A stretch of DNA of 64,000 nt from an uncultured Gemmatimonadota bacterium (GTDB lineage: Bacteria; Blakebacterota; Blakebacteria; Blakebacterales; CAYUVJ01), in assembly GCA_964519015.1 (NCBI GenBank), contig CAZFHZ010000004.1, positions 3,479 to 67,478 of the forward strand, read 5' to 3'. Positions 44,425-55,898 of the stretch are shown piece after piece. The notes beneath the pieces are model-generated. The model was not told where the DNA came from, did no database searches, and was given only the letters and a program-made list of their open reading frames with translations. Positions within the stretch are counted from its first letter, which is position 1. Every line of letters starts with the position of its first letter. The translations under genes and the position numbers were made by a program.

Positions 44425-44772
44425 TCAGCCCGAGCTACTCTCGTCCACGGGCTGTATGCTCTGCTGCCGCAGCTCACGACGGTCCTTCTCATGCGAGATC
44501 TTCGCTTTGTACTTCTCGAGCTGCCGTTCCATCTTGTCGATAGCGGCATCGATGGCGGGATAGAGCAGGTCCTCCGTGCTGTCCGCGTTCAGCGTTTTCC
44601 CGTATACACCGAGTACACATTCCGCCCGCCATCGGTCCTTCTCCTTCTCCAGGACCAGGTGGCAGTCGACGATCCTGTCGAAATATCTCGTAAGTCCGTC
44701 CATCGCCTCAAGCGCGTAGTTCTTGGTCGCCTCCGTCATATCGAAATGCCTGGCGGTGACTCTACTGTTCAT
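44425..44772 (-). CDS. hpf: Ribosome hibernation-promoting factor / sigma-54 modulation protein (short HPF/RaiA)
   Basis: MNSRVTARHFDMTEATKNYALEAMDGLTRYFDRIVDCHLVLEKEK… typical YfiA/HPF fold; immediately downstream of rpoN. Confidence 0.8.
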   Translation of the reverse strand: MNSRVTARHFDMTEATKNYALEAMDGLTRYFDRIVDCHLVLEKEKDRWRAECVLGVYGKTLNADSTEDLLYPAIDAAIDKMERQLEKYKAKISHEKDRRELRQQSIQPVDESSSG

Positions 44773-44784
44773 CGCGTACACTCC

Positions 44785-46203
44785 TCAGCCCTCCTGGGAG
44801 GGGTTCTGGGTGGACGGTGCATACTGGCGCCGGAACCGGGCCGGGAGGATACCCAGCAGGTCGCGGTACTTGGCGACGGTACGCCGGGCGATGGCATAAC
44901 CCTCCTCCTTGAGCCGGTCGGCTATCTTCTGGTCACTCAGCGGTCTCGAGGAGTCCTCATTGCGTACGAGATGCTCGATCCGCTCCTTGATGGATCGGCT
45001 CGATACGTCCTCTCCTTCCCGGTTCTCGATCCGTCCACTGAAGAAGAACTTCAGTTCGAAGACCCCCTGCGGGGTCTGCACATACTTGCCGTTGGTGACC
45101 CGGCTGACGGTACTGACGTGGAGATCTACCGCGTCCGCCACTTCCTGCAGGATCAGCGGTTTGAGATGGAGCACCCCGCGTTCCAGGAAGGCTCCCTGGA
45201 CCCGGACGATGTATTCCATGACCTTCAACATCGTCGAGCGGCGCTGGGAGATCGAACGGAGCAGCCAGCGGGCGCCGTTCAGCTTCTCGACGATGTACTT
45301 GCGCGTCTCCTCGTTGGCCTGGGACCCTTTGGCCAGGATCTCCCGATAGAGGTTGCTGATTCGCAGGCCGGGCAGGCTGGCGCTGTTGAAGAGCACGACA
45401 TACTCACCGTCCACGTTCTCGACGATCAGGTCGGGCACGACACTCCGGGCACCCGACCCGAAACGACCGGCGGCCGGACGCGGGCTCAGCAGGGCGAGTT
45501 CGTCCACGGCCGCCTGCACATCCGCCTCGTCGATGTCGAGCGCTTTGGCGATGGCCGAGTAGCGGTGGTGTTCCAGGTCCTCGAGATGCTCCTCGACCAG
45601 GGCCATGAGGATGGTGTTCTCCAGCCCCTTCTCCCGGAGCTGGATGGCCAGGCATTCCTGCAGGTTGCGGGCGCCCACTCCCGGCGGATCGAAGGTCTGG
45701 ACCACCGCCAGCACCCGCAGCACGTCCTCCTCCGGCACCCCGGTCTGGGCGGCGATCTCCCCCAGGGGCGCTTTCAGGAATCCGTTGTCGTCGATGTCCC
45801 CGATGATGATCTCCCCGACGGCATGATCGGCCGGGTCGAGTCCGGCCAGGTGGAGCTGTCCGAGCAGATGCTCCTGCAGGCTGGTCTCGGCCGGTTGGGG
45901 GAGTTCATCGAACTCCCGGCTGGTATCGGGCCGCATGCCCCGCCCCCCCACATCGCTGGAATGGGCCAGCACCTCCCGCCACTGCTGCTCGTCGAAGGGC
46001 TGGGCGGACTCACGGTCATGTTCGGGGGAGTTGAGCTCGAGGACCGGTTCGGAACGCTGGACCTCCTCCAGGAGGGGGTTGGTCTCCAGCTCCTGCTTGA
46101 TCATGGCTTCGAGTTCGAGGGTGGGGAGCTGGAGCAGTTTCAACGACTGGATGAGCTGAGGGGAGAGCCGCTGCTCCAGCCGTGTCTCCTGAATAAGCCT
46201 CAT
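44785..46203 (-). CDS. rpoN: RNA polymerase sigma-54 factor
   Basis: MRLIQETRLEQRLSPQLIQSLKLLQLPTLELEAMIKQELETNPLLEE (region I), core-binding domain, HTH, and C-terminal RpoN box …ARRTVAKYRDLLGI…. Confidence 0.95.
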   Translation of the reverse strand: MRLIQETRLEQRLSPQLIQSLKLLQLPTLELEAMIKQELETNPLLEEVQRSEPVLELNSPEHDRESAQPFDEQQWREVLAHSSDVGGRGMRPDTSREFDELPQPAETSLQEHLLGQLHLAGLDPADHAVGEIIIGDIDDNGFLKAPLGEIAAQTGVPEEDVLRVLAVVQTFDPPGVGARNLQECLAIQLREKGLENTILMALVEEHLEDLEHHRYSAIAKALDIDEADVQAAVDELALLSPRPAAGRFGSGARSVVPDLIVENVDGEYVVLFNSASLPGLRISNLYREILAKGSQANEETRKYIVEKLNGARWLLRSISQRRSTMLKVMEYIVRVQGAFLERGVLHLKPLILQEVADAVDLHVSTVSRVTNGKYVQTPQGVFELKFFFSGRIENREGEDVSSRSIKERIEHLVRNEDSSRPLSDQKIADRLKEEGYAIARRTVAKYRDLLGILPARFRRQYAPSTQNPSQEG

Positions 46204-46261
46204 ACAACCACTCTACCGGAGCCCTCCCCCCCGTTCAAGACGTTCAGACCAGCTAGTGTCG

Positions 46262-47011
46262 TCAACGATGCGCATCGGCATCGCCTCCTCCTCGCGCCTT
46301 GACCTCGCCCGCAAGATCCATCCGCGAAACGGTGCGAATTCCTGACTCGGGACACCAGGACTCCCCCGCCCAGCACATCTGCCAGAAGGCCAGTTCGTAC
46401 CGGCTGGAGAGGAGGAAGAGCTCTTTCAGCCGCTCCCGCCGGCCGGCTCCCGCTTCCTCGACCAGCCGGTCCAGTTCGGCCTTCAGCCAGTCGGCGACCG
46501 CCTCGAACTCGGCTGAGGCATATTGAGCGATCCACTCCGCATAACGCTGGTCGGAGGGTGGTTCGTTCTTCGTAAGTTCTTTGGCCACATGGACATAGCC
46601 CCAGGCGCAGGGGAGCAGCGCAGCCACCAGTTCGGCCATCTCCCCGTCGGCCGCCGTCCGGACCAGGAAGTCGGTGTAGGCCCGGGTGGTCGGCCACATG
46701 GGGGCGGCTTCCAGCTCCGGCCCGGTGATGCCGAAACGGTCGGCGTACCTGCGGTGCAGGTCCATCTCCACGTTCAAGGTCAGGTTCAGCACCCCGGCAT
46801 ACCAGCCCATGGCGGCCAGGTCGTCCGACTTGGCCACCGCCCAGGCCAAGACCCGGGCGGACTCCTTGAGGTAGCGGTAGTCCTGGAGCACCCAGCGCCG
46901 GAACCGCTCCTCCTCCAGGCCCCCATCCCCGATCCCCCGCACGAAGGGGTGGGCGAGCTGGGCGTCCCAGATAGGCCGGGCGAACCCGTAGCATTCCTCG
47001 GAGAACCGCAT
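46262..47011 (-). CDS. tenA: TenA/thiaminase-II family protein (aminopyrimidine aminohydrolase)
   Basis: Internal ATG 47011: MRFSEECYGFARPIWDAQLAHPFVRGIGDGGL…RWVLQDYRYLKESARVLAWAVAKSD…; track 5' extension overlaps lptB. Confidence 0.7.
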   Translation of the reverse strand: MRFSEECYGFARPIWDAQLAHPFVRGIGDGGLEEERFRRWVLQDYRYLKESARVLAWAVAKSDDLAAMGWYAGVLNLTLNVEMDLHRRYADRFGITGPELEAAPMWPTTRAYTDFLVRTAADGEMAELVAALLPCAWGYVHVAKELTKNEPPSDQRYAEWIAQYASAEFEAVADWLKAELDRLVEEAGAGRRERLKELFLLSSRYELAFWQMCWAGESWCPESGIRTVSRMDLAGEVKARGGGDADAHR

Positions 47012-47087
47012 CCTCAGACTCCTTCCAGGCCGGGTCCGCCGGCCGAGGTGACCGCCCTGCGCTCCGAAGGGGAGGAGGAGTCCGAAC

Positions 47088-47855
47088 TCAGCCCAGCGTG
47101 AAGCGCTGGCCGAGGTAGACCTTGCGGGCGATCGGGTCGTCCACCAGGGTGGCCGCATCGCCCGAGACCAGGATGCGCCCCTCGTTCATGATGTAGGCCC
47201 GGTCGGTGATATGGAGGGTCTCACGGACGTTGTGGTCGGTGATGAGCACCCCCAGTCCCTTCTTCTTGAGGCCGGCCAGGATCTCCTGGATCTCCTCCAC
47301 GGCGATCGGGTCGACCCCGGTGAAGGGCTCATCGAGGAGGATGAAGTCGGGGTCGGTGACCAGGGCGCGGGCGATTTCCACCCGGCGGCGCTCTCCCCCG
47401 GACAGCGTGAAGGCCTTCCGGCGTCGCAGCCGGGCCAGGTTGAGTTCCTCCAGCAGCCGGTCGCAACGCTGCTGCCGCTCCCCCTTGGAGCGCACGAAGG
47501 TCTCCAGGATGGCGATGAGGTTCTGCTCCACGGTGAGTTTGCGGAAGACGCTCGCCTCCTGGGCCAGGTAACCCACTCCGAGCCGGGCGCGGCGGTACAT
47601 GGGGAGGCGGGTGATGTCCTGCTCCTGCAGTCGGATGGTTCCCGCGTTGGGGCGGATGAGGCCGACCACCATGTAGAAGGTGGTGGTCTTCCCCGCACCG
47701 TTGGGACCGAGCAGGCCGACGATCTCCCCCTTGGTCACTTCGAGCGAGATTTCGTTGACCACGCGACGGCGGCTGTAGACCTTGACCAGCCGCTCGGCGC
47801 CCAGCCGCTTGGCGTTCTCCTGGGGCACGTCCCGCTCCTCTGCTGACCGGCTCAC
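47088..47855 (-). CDS. lptB: LPS export ABC transporter ATP-binding protein LptB
   Basis: Walker [15 protein letters not shown], signature [15 protein letters not shown], Walker [13 protein letters not shown]; position downstream of lptA-like gene and upstream of rpoN. Confidence 0.9.
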   Translation of the reverse strand: MSRSAEERDVPQENAKRLGAERLVKVYSRRRVVNEISLEVTKGEIVGLLGPNGAGKTTTFYMVVGLIRPNAGTIRLQEQDITRLPMYRRARLGVGYLAQEASVFRKLTVEQNLIAILETFVRSKGERQQRCDRLLEELNLARLRRRKAFTLSGGERRRVEIARALVTDPDFILLDEPFTGVDPIAVEEIQEILAGLKKKGLGVLITDHNVRETLHITDRAYIMNEGRILVSGDAATLVDDPIARKVYLGQRFTLG

Positions 47856-49276
47856 GGCGGCGGCTTCCCGGGGGGCTTGACCTCCTTGGCCATGCGCCCG
47901 GCCGGGGGTCGTGCCGCCCCGACCTGGACGGAATCGGGATGGACCGCCATGGGGACCCCGCCGGCCTTCACCAGTACCGCACTGTACTTGGTCAGGCCGC
48001 CCTTTTCCAGGTAGGCCTCCTTCAGCTCCCCATCCACAAGGGTCAGGCGGATGAGGGTCCCCAGCGCCCGGATCATGTCCGACCCGGGATCGACCATGCT
48101 CTGGAAGAACCGGGAGGTGGCGTTCCCGGTCGCGGTCACCACCTTCGGTTCCCCCCCCTCGAAGAGGATGTCGAGTTCCAGGCCCCCCATGGCGCTGGAA
48201 CGGTCGGGATGGTCCTGCCGCCAGTAGTACATGGCACCCCGACCGGCAACCAGGTGGCGCAGTTCCTCCTCCTGGATGGTCAGGTCGATCTCCCGACCGA
48301 CCAGCACCATGTACTCGGGCACGGCCGGTACCAGGGTGGAATCGGGTCCGGCCATGGTGCTGCCGGGGCCGGGGCGGGTGATGATGGTGACATCCCCGGG
48401 GCCGAAGAGATGGATTGACTCCAGCACGTCGGCCGGCAGGTGGAGATCGATCGAGTCGGCCTTCATCCGGATCCAGACCGAGTCGGGACTCCCCGCCGCC
48501 CGCTCGTCCAGCCGGGTCAGCAGGGGCGGGCTCCCGTTCAGGCGGGCCAGACCGGTGTCCTCATCCCAGACGAGCTGGTCGCCGGTGGCCTTCACCCCCT
48601 TGCGCTCCAGCCGCACCCCTTCCCGGACGGTCAGGATGCGGGGCTCGTCCTGGCTGCGCAGCCAGGCTCCGAGGACGACCATCTCACCTCGTCGCACCTC
48701 TCCCCCGCCGGTGAGCTCGGCCCAACCCTGGTCGCGCTGGAAATCGATCCGAGCGGTCTCGCTCCCGCTCACCTCGGTGGCCGAGGTCGTGCTGTCCGTC
48801 GGGGGCTGGTAGAGCCAGGGATGGCCGCTGGCACGTCCCGCGCCGGTGTTCCGGTCGTGGAAGAACTGGTCGGCCTTCAGCCGGCTGCCATCCTGGAGGT
48901 TCTCGGCCTCCACCCGGCCCCGGGCGAGCAGGGTCCGGTCATTCCCCCGGTAGATGACCTCGTCCGCCCGGAACCGCCACACCCCGTCCCAGCCACGTAC
49001 GTTCCCCCAGAGCCGGACCTGGTCCTGGATCCGGACGTAGCTGGCCCGGTCGGCCAGTACGTTCTGTTCCCCCTGGACCACATAGACGCTGTCGGAGAGA
49101 TCCACGATCTGTTGCTGGCGACCCGCTTCCCCCTGTCCACGGCGGAGATTGGTGATCCCGGCGTGTCGCAGCACGACCGGTTCCGGTTCCTGGGGATAGC
49201 CGGGCGATCCCGCCGGAGTCAGCAGGAGCAGGGTGAAGACCCCCGCCAGGATCGATCCGGGGAGGGAGCGGTTCAT
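47852..49276 (-). CDS. LptA/OstA-family periplasmic LPS-transport protein (long form, two OstA-like beta-jellyroll regions)
   Basis: Signal peptide [24 protein letters not shown]; repeated …V.L.GNV…[22 protein letters not shown]… OstA_N-like segments; stop overlaps lptB start (4 nt). Confidence 0.6.
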   Translation of the reverse strand: MNRSLPGSILAGVFTLLLLTPAGSPGYPQEPEPVVLRHAGITNLRRGQGEAGRQQQIVDLSDSVYVVQGEQNVLADRASYVRIQDQVRLWGNVRGWDGVWRFRADEVIYRGNDRTLLARGRVEAENLQDGSRLKADQFFHDRNTGAGRASGHPWLYQPPTDSTTSATEVSGSETARIDFQRDQGWAELTGGGEVRRGEMVVLGAWLRSQDEPRILTVREGVRLERKGVKATGDQLVWDEDTGLARLNGSPPLLTRLDERAAGSPDSVWIRMKADSIDLHLPADVLESIHLFGPGDVTIITRPGPGSTMAGPDSTLVPAVPEYMVLVGREIDLTIQEEELRHLVAGRGAMYYWRQDHPDRSSAMGGLELDILFEGGEPKVVTATGNATSRFFQSMVDPGSDMIRALGTLIRLTLVDGELKEAYLEKGGLTKYSAVLVKAGGVPMAVHPDSVQVGAARPPAGRMAKEVKPPGKPPP

Positions 49277-49277
49277 C

Positions 49278-49952
49278 TCAGGGAATCCCCCGGGGCGGGA
49301 TCCGCGCAAGGCTGTCCGGGCGGGCGCTCCGCAGAGTGTCGGGGCGGGTTACCGTGGTGTCTCCCCCCGCCTGTCCACTGGTGCGTTCCTGCTCGAGCCA
49401 GCGTCCGCCGCGCGGGAAGCTGCCGCTGCTCTGAAAGACCTGGATGTCGGTGAGGGCGGTGTCCGATTGGAATCCCGTGCCGCGCAGGACGTCTTCCTGG
49501 TCGGTCACCTCGACCGGTCCGAGGGTCCAGACCTGGTCCCGGTCCTCGTCCCACCAGAGGGTGTCCGCCCGCACCGTCTGCCCTTCCGACCCGGTGAGCA
49601 CCACGTCCCCCCAGGTCTTCACCCGCCGGCGCCCCTCCCGCTCCTGGTCGTAGATGATCCCGGATCGGGCGACCAGGTGGCTGGTCTCCTCGCCCGCGGT
49701 ATCGAAGAAGTCCGCCGTGACCGTGTCCATCCGGGTGTAGGCACCCGTCGAGGGAGCATACTGGGCCAGATATCCGGCATTCAGCCGAGCCTGGAGCCGG
49801 CCGGTCTCGTAGAGCCGGATGAGGGCGCCCCATTGTTCCACCTCGGGCCGCGGCCCCTCCGGAGGCAGCTCGGGGGAGACCTCCTGCTCGGGAGGGCGGG
49901 TGCAGGCGGCCAGCAGAAGGACCAGGATAATCACGGGCAGGCTCAGACGCAT
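49278..49952 (-). CDS. LptC-like lipoprotein (LPS export system component)
   Basis: Lipobox MRLSLPVIILVLLLAAC|TR; small beta-rich protein between lpxL-like and lptA-like genes, as LptC is in the canonical kdsD-kdsC-lptC-lptA-lptB arrangement. Call is weak on sequence alone. Confidence 0.4.
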   Translation of the reverse strand: MRLSLPVIILVLLLAACTRPPEQEVSPELPPEGPRPEVEQWGALIRLYETGRLQARLNAGYLAQYAPSTGAYTRMDTVTADFFDTAGEETSHLVARSGIIYDQEREGRRRVKTWGDVVLTGSEGQTVRADTLWWDEDRDQVWTLGPVEVTDQEDVLRGTGFQSDTALTDIQVFQSSGSFPRGGRWLEQERTSGQAGGDTTVTRPDTLRSARPDSLARIPPRGIP

Positions 49953-49955
49953 CGT

Positions 49956-50942
49956 TCAGATCCCGTTCGGCGGTCGGATCCGCGTCAATCCATCGTCCCC
50001 CGGTGGTCGTGGTGGCGGCGTGGGGCCGCTCACCGGGAAGGTCCCCCAGCGCCGCTCGGACCAGGTCCACTGGGCGGGGAAGCGCTCCACCAGCGATTCC
50101 ATAGTCAGGGAGAACCGGCGGGTGTTCTCCCAGTCATCGTACTCCTGGTCCCCGCTTCGGGACATGCGGATCGGCGCCTCGAGCAGCAGCCGGTAGCGGT
50201 GGTCCCGTCGGCGCAGCAGCACGCCGGGGAGTACGACCGCCCCGGTCAGCCGGGCCAGCGCCGCAGGGAGCCGGGGTGTCCAGACCGCCTCCCCGAAGAA
50301 AGGCACGGCCACCCCGAAACGGGCCCGGGACTCCTGGTCGATGCTCATCACGACCAGCCCCCGGTCCTCCAGTACATTCCTCAGCCGGGCGAAGGCTCCC
50401 CCCCGATGTATCCACACCACCCCCTGACTGCGTCGGACCTCACCGGCCGGCCCACGCAGCCGCGGGTCACGGGGAGGGCGGGCCAGGTGGTGCACCGGCG
50501 CCCCCCTGCTGGCCAGGTACGCCGGTAGCAGCTCCCAGTTCCCCAGGTGCGGAGCGAGCAGGATGATCCCCCGCCCGGATCGGACCGCCCGCGTGATCCG
50601 TTCCAGGGTCTCGTTCCCCTCCGGCACCAGGGCGGCAAGTTCTTCGGCGTCGAGCCGGGGGAGACGGATGGTATCGACCATCCCGGCGGTGAGGTTGATC
50701 AGGGCGGACCGCCCGATGGAGATTCGCCGGCCGCGGTCGATGTGTTCTCCGAAGGCGCGGTCGAGGTTCGCCAGGGAGGTGCGTCGCCGGGTCCCGTCCA
50801 CATACCAGACCACCCGACCCAGCGACCGGCCGAGCACCAGGGCGAGCGGGCGGGGGAGGGAACCCAGCACCCAGCGCAGGAAGGGGAGCGCGACGGCGGA
50901 CCGCCGGGGGAGGCGGCGTTTCCGACGACGCATGCGCGGCAT
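49956..50942 (-). CDS. Lipid A biosynthesis lauroyl/myristoyl acyltransferase family (LpxL/HtrB-like LPLAT)
   Basis: …GRGIILLAPHLGNWELLPAYLA… (HX4E acyltransferase motif), N-terminal TM. Confidence 0.7.
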   Translation of the reverse strand: MPRMRRRKRRLPRRSAVALPFLRWVLGSLPRPLALVLGRSLGRVVWYVDGTRRRTSLANLDRAFGEHIDRGRRISIGRSALINLTAGMVDTIRLPRLDAEELAALVPEGNETLERITRAVRSGRGIILLAPHLGNWELLPAYLASRGAPVHHLARPPRDPRLRGPAGEVRRSQGVVWIHRGGAFARLRNVLEDRGLVVMSIDQESRARFGVAVPFFGEAVWTPRLPAALARLTGAVVLPGVLLRRRDHRYRLLLEAPIRMSRSGDQEYDDWENTRRFSLTMESLVERFPAQWTWSERRWGTFPVSGPTPPPRPPGDDGLTRIRPPNGI

Positions 50943-50945
50943 GTA

Positions 50946-51971
50946 TCAGACGACTTTGGCGTTGAGCAGATCGTGGAGGTGCAGGATGCCGTGGGGACGG
51001 CCGGCCTCGTCCACGATAGCCAGCTGCGTGATCTTGTGCTCTTCCATCCGGTTGAGCGCCACCACCCCCAGGACCTGCGACTCGATGGTCTTGGGATCGG
51101 GGGTCATCAGGTCGGCGGCGATGACGGCCCCCAGGTCGAAGTCCCGCTCGAGTGAGCGGCGCAGGTCACCGTCGGTGATGATCCCGCGCAGCCGCCCTTC
51201 CTCGTCGACCACCAGGGTGGCTCCGAGCCGCTTGCTGGTCATCTCGAGCAGGACCTGGTGGGCCGGGGCTCCGAGCGGGACGAGCGGGATCTCCTCGCCG
51301 ATATGCATCAGGTCCTCGACCTTGAGCAGGGCACGGCCGATGGCCCCTCCGGGATGGAGCTGGCGGAACTCCTCGGGGCCGAATCCCCGCAACTGGAGCA
51401 GCGCCACGGCGAGCGCGTCGCCGAGGGCGAGGGTGGCGGTGGTGCTGGTGGTGGGGACCAGGTCCATGTTGCAGGCCTCTTCGAGCGGACCGATCTCCAG
51501 GGTCAGGTCGGCCTGCTGCCCGAGCCGGGACTCGCGGGTACCGGTGATGGCGATGACCGGGATGTCGAAGGCCCGGACCAGCGGGATGAGCGCATCCAGT
51601 TCGGCGGTCTCCCCGCTCTTGGAGAGGGCCAACAGGACATCCCCCCGGCGGACCATGCCCACATCGCCGTGCAGGGCGTCGGTCGGGTGCATGAAGGAGG
51701 CGAGCGAGCCGGTGCTCGTCATGGTGGCGGCGATCTTGTGCCCGATCAGTCCCGATTTCCCCACGCCGGTGACGATCAACCGCCCCTGACTCTTGTGGAT
51801 GATCCGGACCGCGCGCACGAAATCCGGACCGAGGTACCCGACCAGGGCCTCGACGCCGCGCGCTTCCTGGTGGAGGACGTCGCGTCCCCAGGCGAGGATC
51901 TGTTCGTCATCCACGGCCGGCGGACGCATGGGCGCTCTCCGGTTCCGTCCCCCCTGGGGTGTCCTGCTCAT
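50946..51971 (-). CDS. kdsD: Arabinose-5-phosphate isomerase KdsD (SIS + tandem CBS)
   Basis: Internal ATG 51971: …GRLIVTGVGKSGLIGHKIAATMTSTGSLASFMHPTDALHGDVG… SIS; C-terminal CBS pair …LGATLVVDEEGRLRGIITDGDLRR…. The 5' 290 aa of the track ORF is junk overlapping kdsC. Confidence 0.85.
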   Translation of the reverse strand: MSRTPQGGRNRRAPMRPPAVDDEQILAWGRDVLHQEARGVEALVGYLGPDFVRAVRIIHKSQGRLIVTGVGKSGLIGHKIAATMTSTGSLASFMHPTDALHGDVGMVRRGDVLLALSKSGETAELDALIPLVRAFDIPVIAITGTRESRLGQQADLTLEIGPLEEACNMDLVPTTSTTATLALGDALAVALLQLRGFGPEEFRQLHPGGAIGRALLKVEDLMHIGEEIPLVPLGAPAHQVLLEMTSKRLGATLVVDEEGRLRGIITDGDLRRSLERDFDLGAVIAADLMTPDPKTIESQVLGVVALNRMEEHKITQLAIVDEAGRPHGILHLHDLLNAKVV

Positions 51972-52483
51972 GACCCTCCTGCCCTCCCTTTGGCGGCGAT
52001 GATGCGTTCGAGGAACTCCCGGACGGCCCCCTGCCCGCCGGCGGCGGTGGTGACGAGGTCGGCCACCGCCTTGACCTCGGGCCGGGCGTTCGCGGGCGCA
52101 CAGACCACTCCGACCCGCTTCATCGCCGGCAGGTCGTTGACATCGTCCCCCATGAAGGCAACGGCCGACGGATCGACCGCCAGGTCGGTGAACACCCGGG
52201 CGATCGACTCCGCCTTGTCGAACTGCCCCTGCTGGACGTGTTCGATCCCGAGCCGCCGGGCCCGCGCCGTCACGGCCGGGGCCTCGCGTCCCGAGATGAT
52301 GGCGTACTCGAGCCCGGCCTGGCGACCACGGACGATACCCAGGCCGTCCTGCACATCGAATCGGAGTGTCTCGTCCCCCCGGGCATCGATCGAGACCGAA
52401 CCGTCCGTCAGCACACCGTCGACATCGAAGACGACGACCCGCAGGGCCGCCAGCCGCCGTTCGATACCCTCCCCGCCGCTCAC
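51968..52483 (-). CDS. kdsC: KDO-8-phosphate phosphatase KdsC (HAD superfamily)
   Basis: …LRVVVFDVDGVLTDGSVSID…; …VAFMGDDVNDLPAMKRVGVVCAPANA…; ATGA overlap with kdsD. Confidence 0.85.
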   Translation of the reverse strand: MSGGEGIERRLAALRVVVFDVDGVLTDGSVSIDARGDETLRFDVQDGLGIVRGRQAGLEYAIISGREAPAVTARARRLGIEHVQQGQFDKAESIARVFTDLAVDPSAVAFMGDDVNDLPAMKRVGVVCAPANARPEVKAVADLVTTAAGGQGAVREFLERIIAAKGRAGGS

Positions 52484-53343
52484 AGCACCTCGCCCGGGGT
52501 GGGGAGCGCCCGCGCCACATCCCCCGCCGAGGCCCGGCGGGCGGCGTCGAGGGCGAGGGCCTGCCGCAGGATGCTCTCGAGCTGTCCTGGATCCACCTGC
52601 ACGTCCGCATCGCAGCGGGCGGAGGCGGGGTCGGGATGCACCTCCAGGAAGAGCCCGGCCACGCCCGCTCCCACGGCGGCGCGGGCGAGCACGGCGGCGT
52701 AGGCCCGGCGGCCCCCCGAGTGTGTCCCGCCGGCACCGGGGAGCTGGGTCGAATGGGTGATATCGAAGATGACCGGAGTGTCCAAACGGGCCATTTCGGC
52801 CAGTCCGCGCATGTCCACCACCAGGTCGCCATGGCCGAAACTGGTGCCGCGCTCGGTCACCAGTACGTTCCGGTTCCCCGTCGAGGTGACTTTACGGACG
52901 ATCTCGTGGATACCACCGGGGGCGAGGAACTGGCCCTTCTTGATGTTGACCGCCCGGCCGGTGGCGGCGGCTGCCTGCACCAGGGCCGTCTGACGGCAGA
53001 GGAAAGCGGGGATCTGCAGCAGGTCGACCACCTCGGCGGCCGGTCCGGTCTCCCCCGTCTCATGCACATCGGTGGTCAGCGGCACTCCGAAGCGGTCCTT
53101 GACCTCGGCCAGGGCGGCCAGTCCGTCGACCAGGCCGGGCCCTGAGTAGGAGCCTCCGCTCGAACGGTTTGCCTTGGCATAGGATGACTTGAAGATGAGG
53201 GGGACCCCCAGCGGCCGGACGACGCTCAGGATCGCTTCGCAGGTCTCCAGCACCAGCTCGCGCGACTCGACCACATCGGGTCCGGCGATGAGTACCAGCG
53301 GCGCCGAGCCGCCGACCGGGATGCCCGCCACTTCGACCGGCAT
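52480..53343 (-). CDS. kdsA: 2-dehydro-3-deoxyphosphooctonate aldolase (KDO-8-P synthase) KdsA
   Basis: …LVLIAGPDVVESRE…IFKSSYAKANRSS…VPLTTDVHE…AVNIKKGQFLAP…ITHSTQLPG… DAHP/KDO8P synthase family. Confidence 0.85.
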   Translation of the reverse strand: MPVEVAGIPVGGSAPLVLIAGPDVVESRELVLETCEAILSVVRPLGVPLIFKSSYAKANRSSGGSYSGPGLVDGLAALAEVKDRFGVPLTTDVHETGETGPAAEVVDLLQIPAFLCRQTALVQAAAATGRAVNIKKGQFLAPGGIHEIVRKVTSTGNRNVLVTERGTSFGHGDLVVDMRGLAEMARLDTPVIFDITHSTQLPGAGGTHSGGRRAYAAVLARAAVGAGVAGLFLEVHPDPASARCDADVQVDPGQLESILRQALALDAARRASAGDVARALPTPGEVL

Positions 53344-53349
53344 GGCGGC

Positions 53350-55107
<1,758 letters not shown>

Positions 55108-55866
55108 TCATCCGAGCACCTCGCGGACCCGGGCAAGGTCCTCGGCGGTGTCAACGCCCACGACACGATACGACGTCTCGACGACACGGACCGGGAAGCC
55201 GTGTTCGAGGGCCCGGAGTTGTTCCAGCCCCTCGGTCTCCTCCAGCGGGGAGGGGGGGAGGGCGGCCAGCCGCAGCAGGAAGTCCTTCCGGTAGCCGTAG
55301 ATGCCGATGTGCTTGAGGTAGTTCTCGGATCCCTCGGGCCCGGGCCGGCGCCGGAAGGGGATCATCGCACGGCTGAAGTAGAGCGCCCGCCCTCGCCGGT
55401 CGACCACCACCTTGACTGCGTTCACATCGTCCGCCTCCCCAGTGCTCATCGGGTGGGCCAGGGTCGCCATGGGAGTGGACTCATCCGCGACCATGGCCTC
55501 CACCAGCTGGTCGATCATGGCCCCTTTCACCAGGGGCTCGTCACCCTGGATGTTCACCACCAGGTCGCATTCCCGGCGTTCCGCCACCAGAGCCACCCGG
55601 TCGGTCCCGGAGGGGAGTTCGGGGGGGGTCATGATCGCCTTGCGGCCGTATGAGGTGACTACGTCGCGGACCCGCTCATCGTCGGTCGCGATGACCAGTT
55701 CGTCCACCCGCATCGACTCACTGACCCCACGGGCGACCCACTCCACCATCGGGATGTCTCCGATGAGCTGGAGCGGTTTGCCCGGCAGGCGGGTGCTGGC
55801 CCAGCGGGCCGGCACGACACACAGCACACGGGGCCGCCAGCCTGTTTGCGGAGCCTGACCTGTCAT
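55108..55866 (-). CDS. kdsB: 3-deoxy-manno-octulosonate cytidylyltransferase (CMP-KDO synthetase) KdsB
   Basis: From ATG 55866: …RVLCVVPARWASTRLPGKPL…VATDDERV…VNIQGDEPLV…IGIYGYR…; alternative upstream start 55902 overlaps uvrD. Confidence 0.85.
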   Translation of the reverse strand: MTGQAPQTGWRPRVLCVVPARWASTRLPGKPLQLIGDIPMVEWVARGVSESMRVDELVIATDDERVRDVVTSYGRKAIMTPPELPSGTDRVALVAERRECDLVVNIQGDEPLVKGAMIDQLVEAMVADESTPMATLAHPMSTGEADDVNAVKVVVDRRGRALYFSRAMIPFRRRPGPEGSENYLKHIGIYGYRKDFLLRLAALPPSPLEETEGLEQLRALEHGFPVRVVETSYRVVGVDTAEDLARVREVLG

Positions 55867-55898
55867 GCCACTCCTCTCATGCCCGCCGTCCCCCTCCT

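Noticed and set aside
47012-47087. Possible TPP riboswitch upstream of tenA
   Set aside because: The intergenic space is only about 75 nt and contains no CUGAGA / ACCUGAUCUGGAUAAUGCCAGCG-like conserved core.
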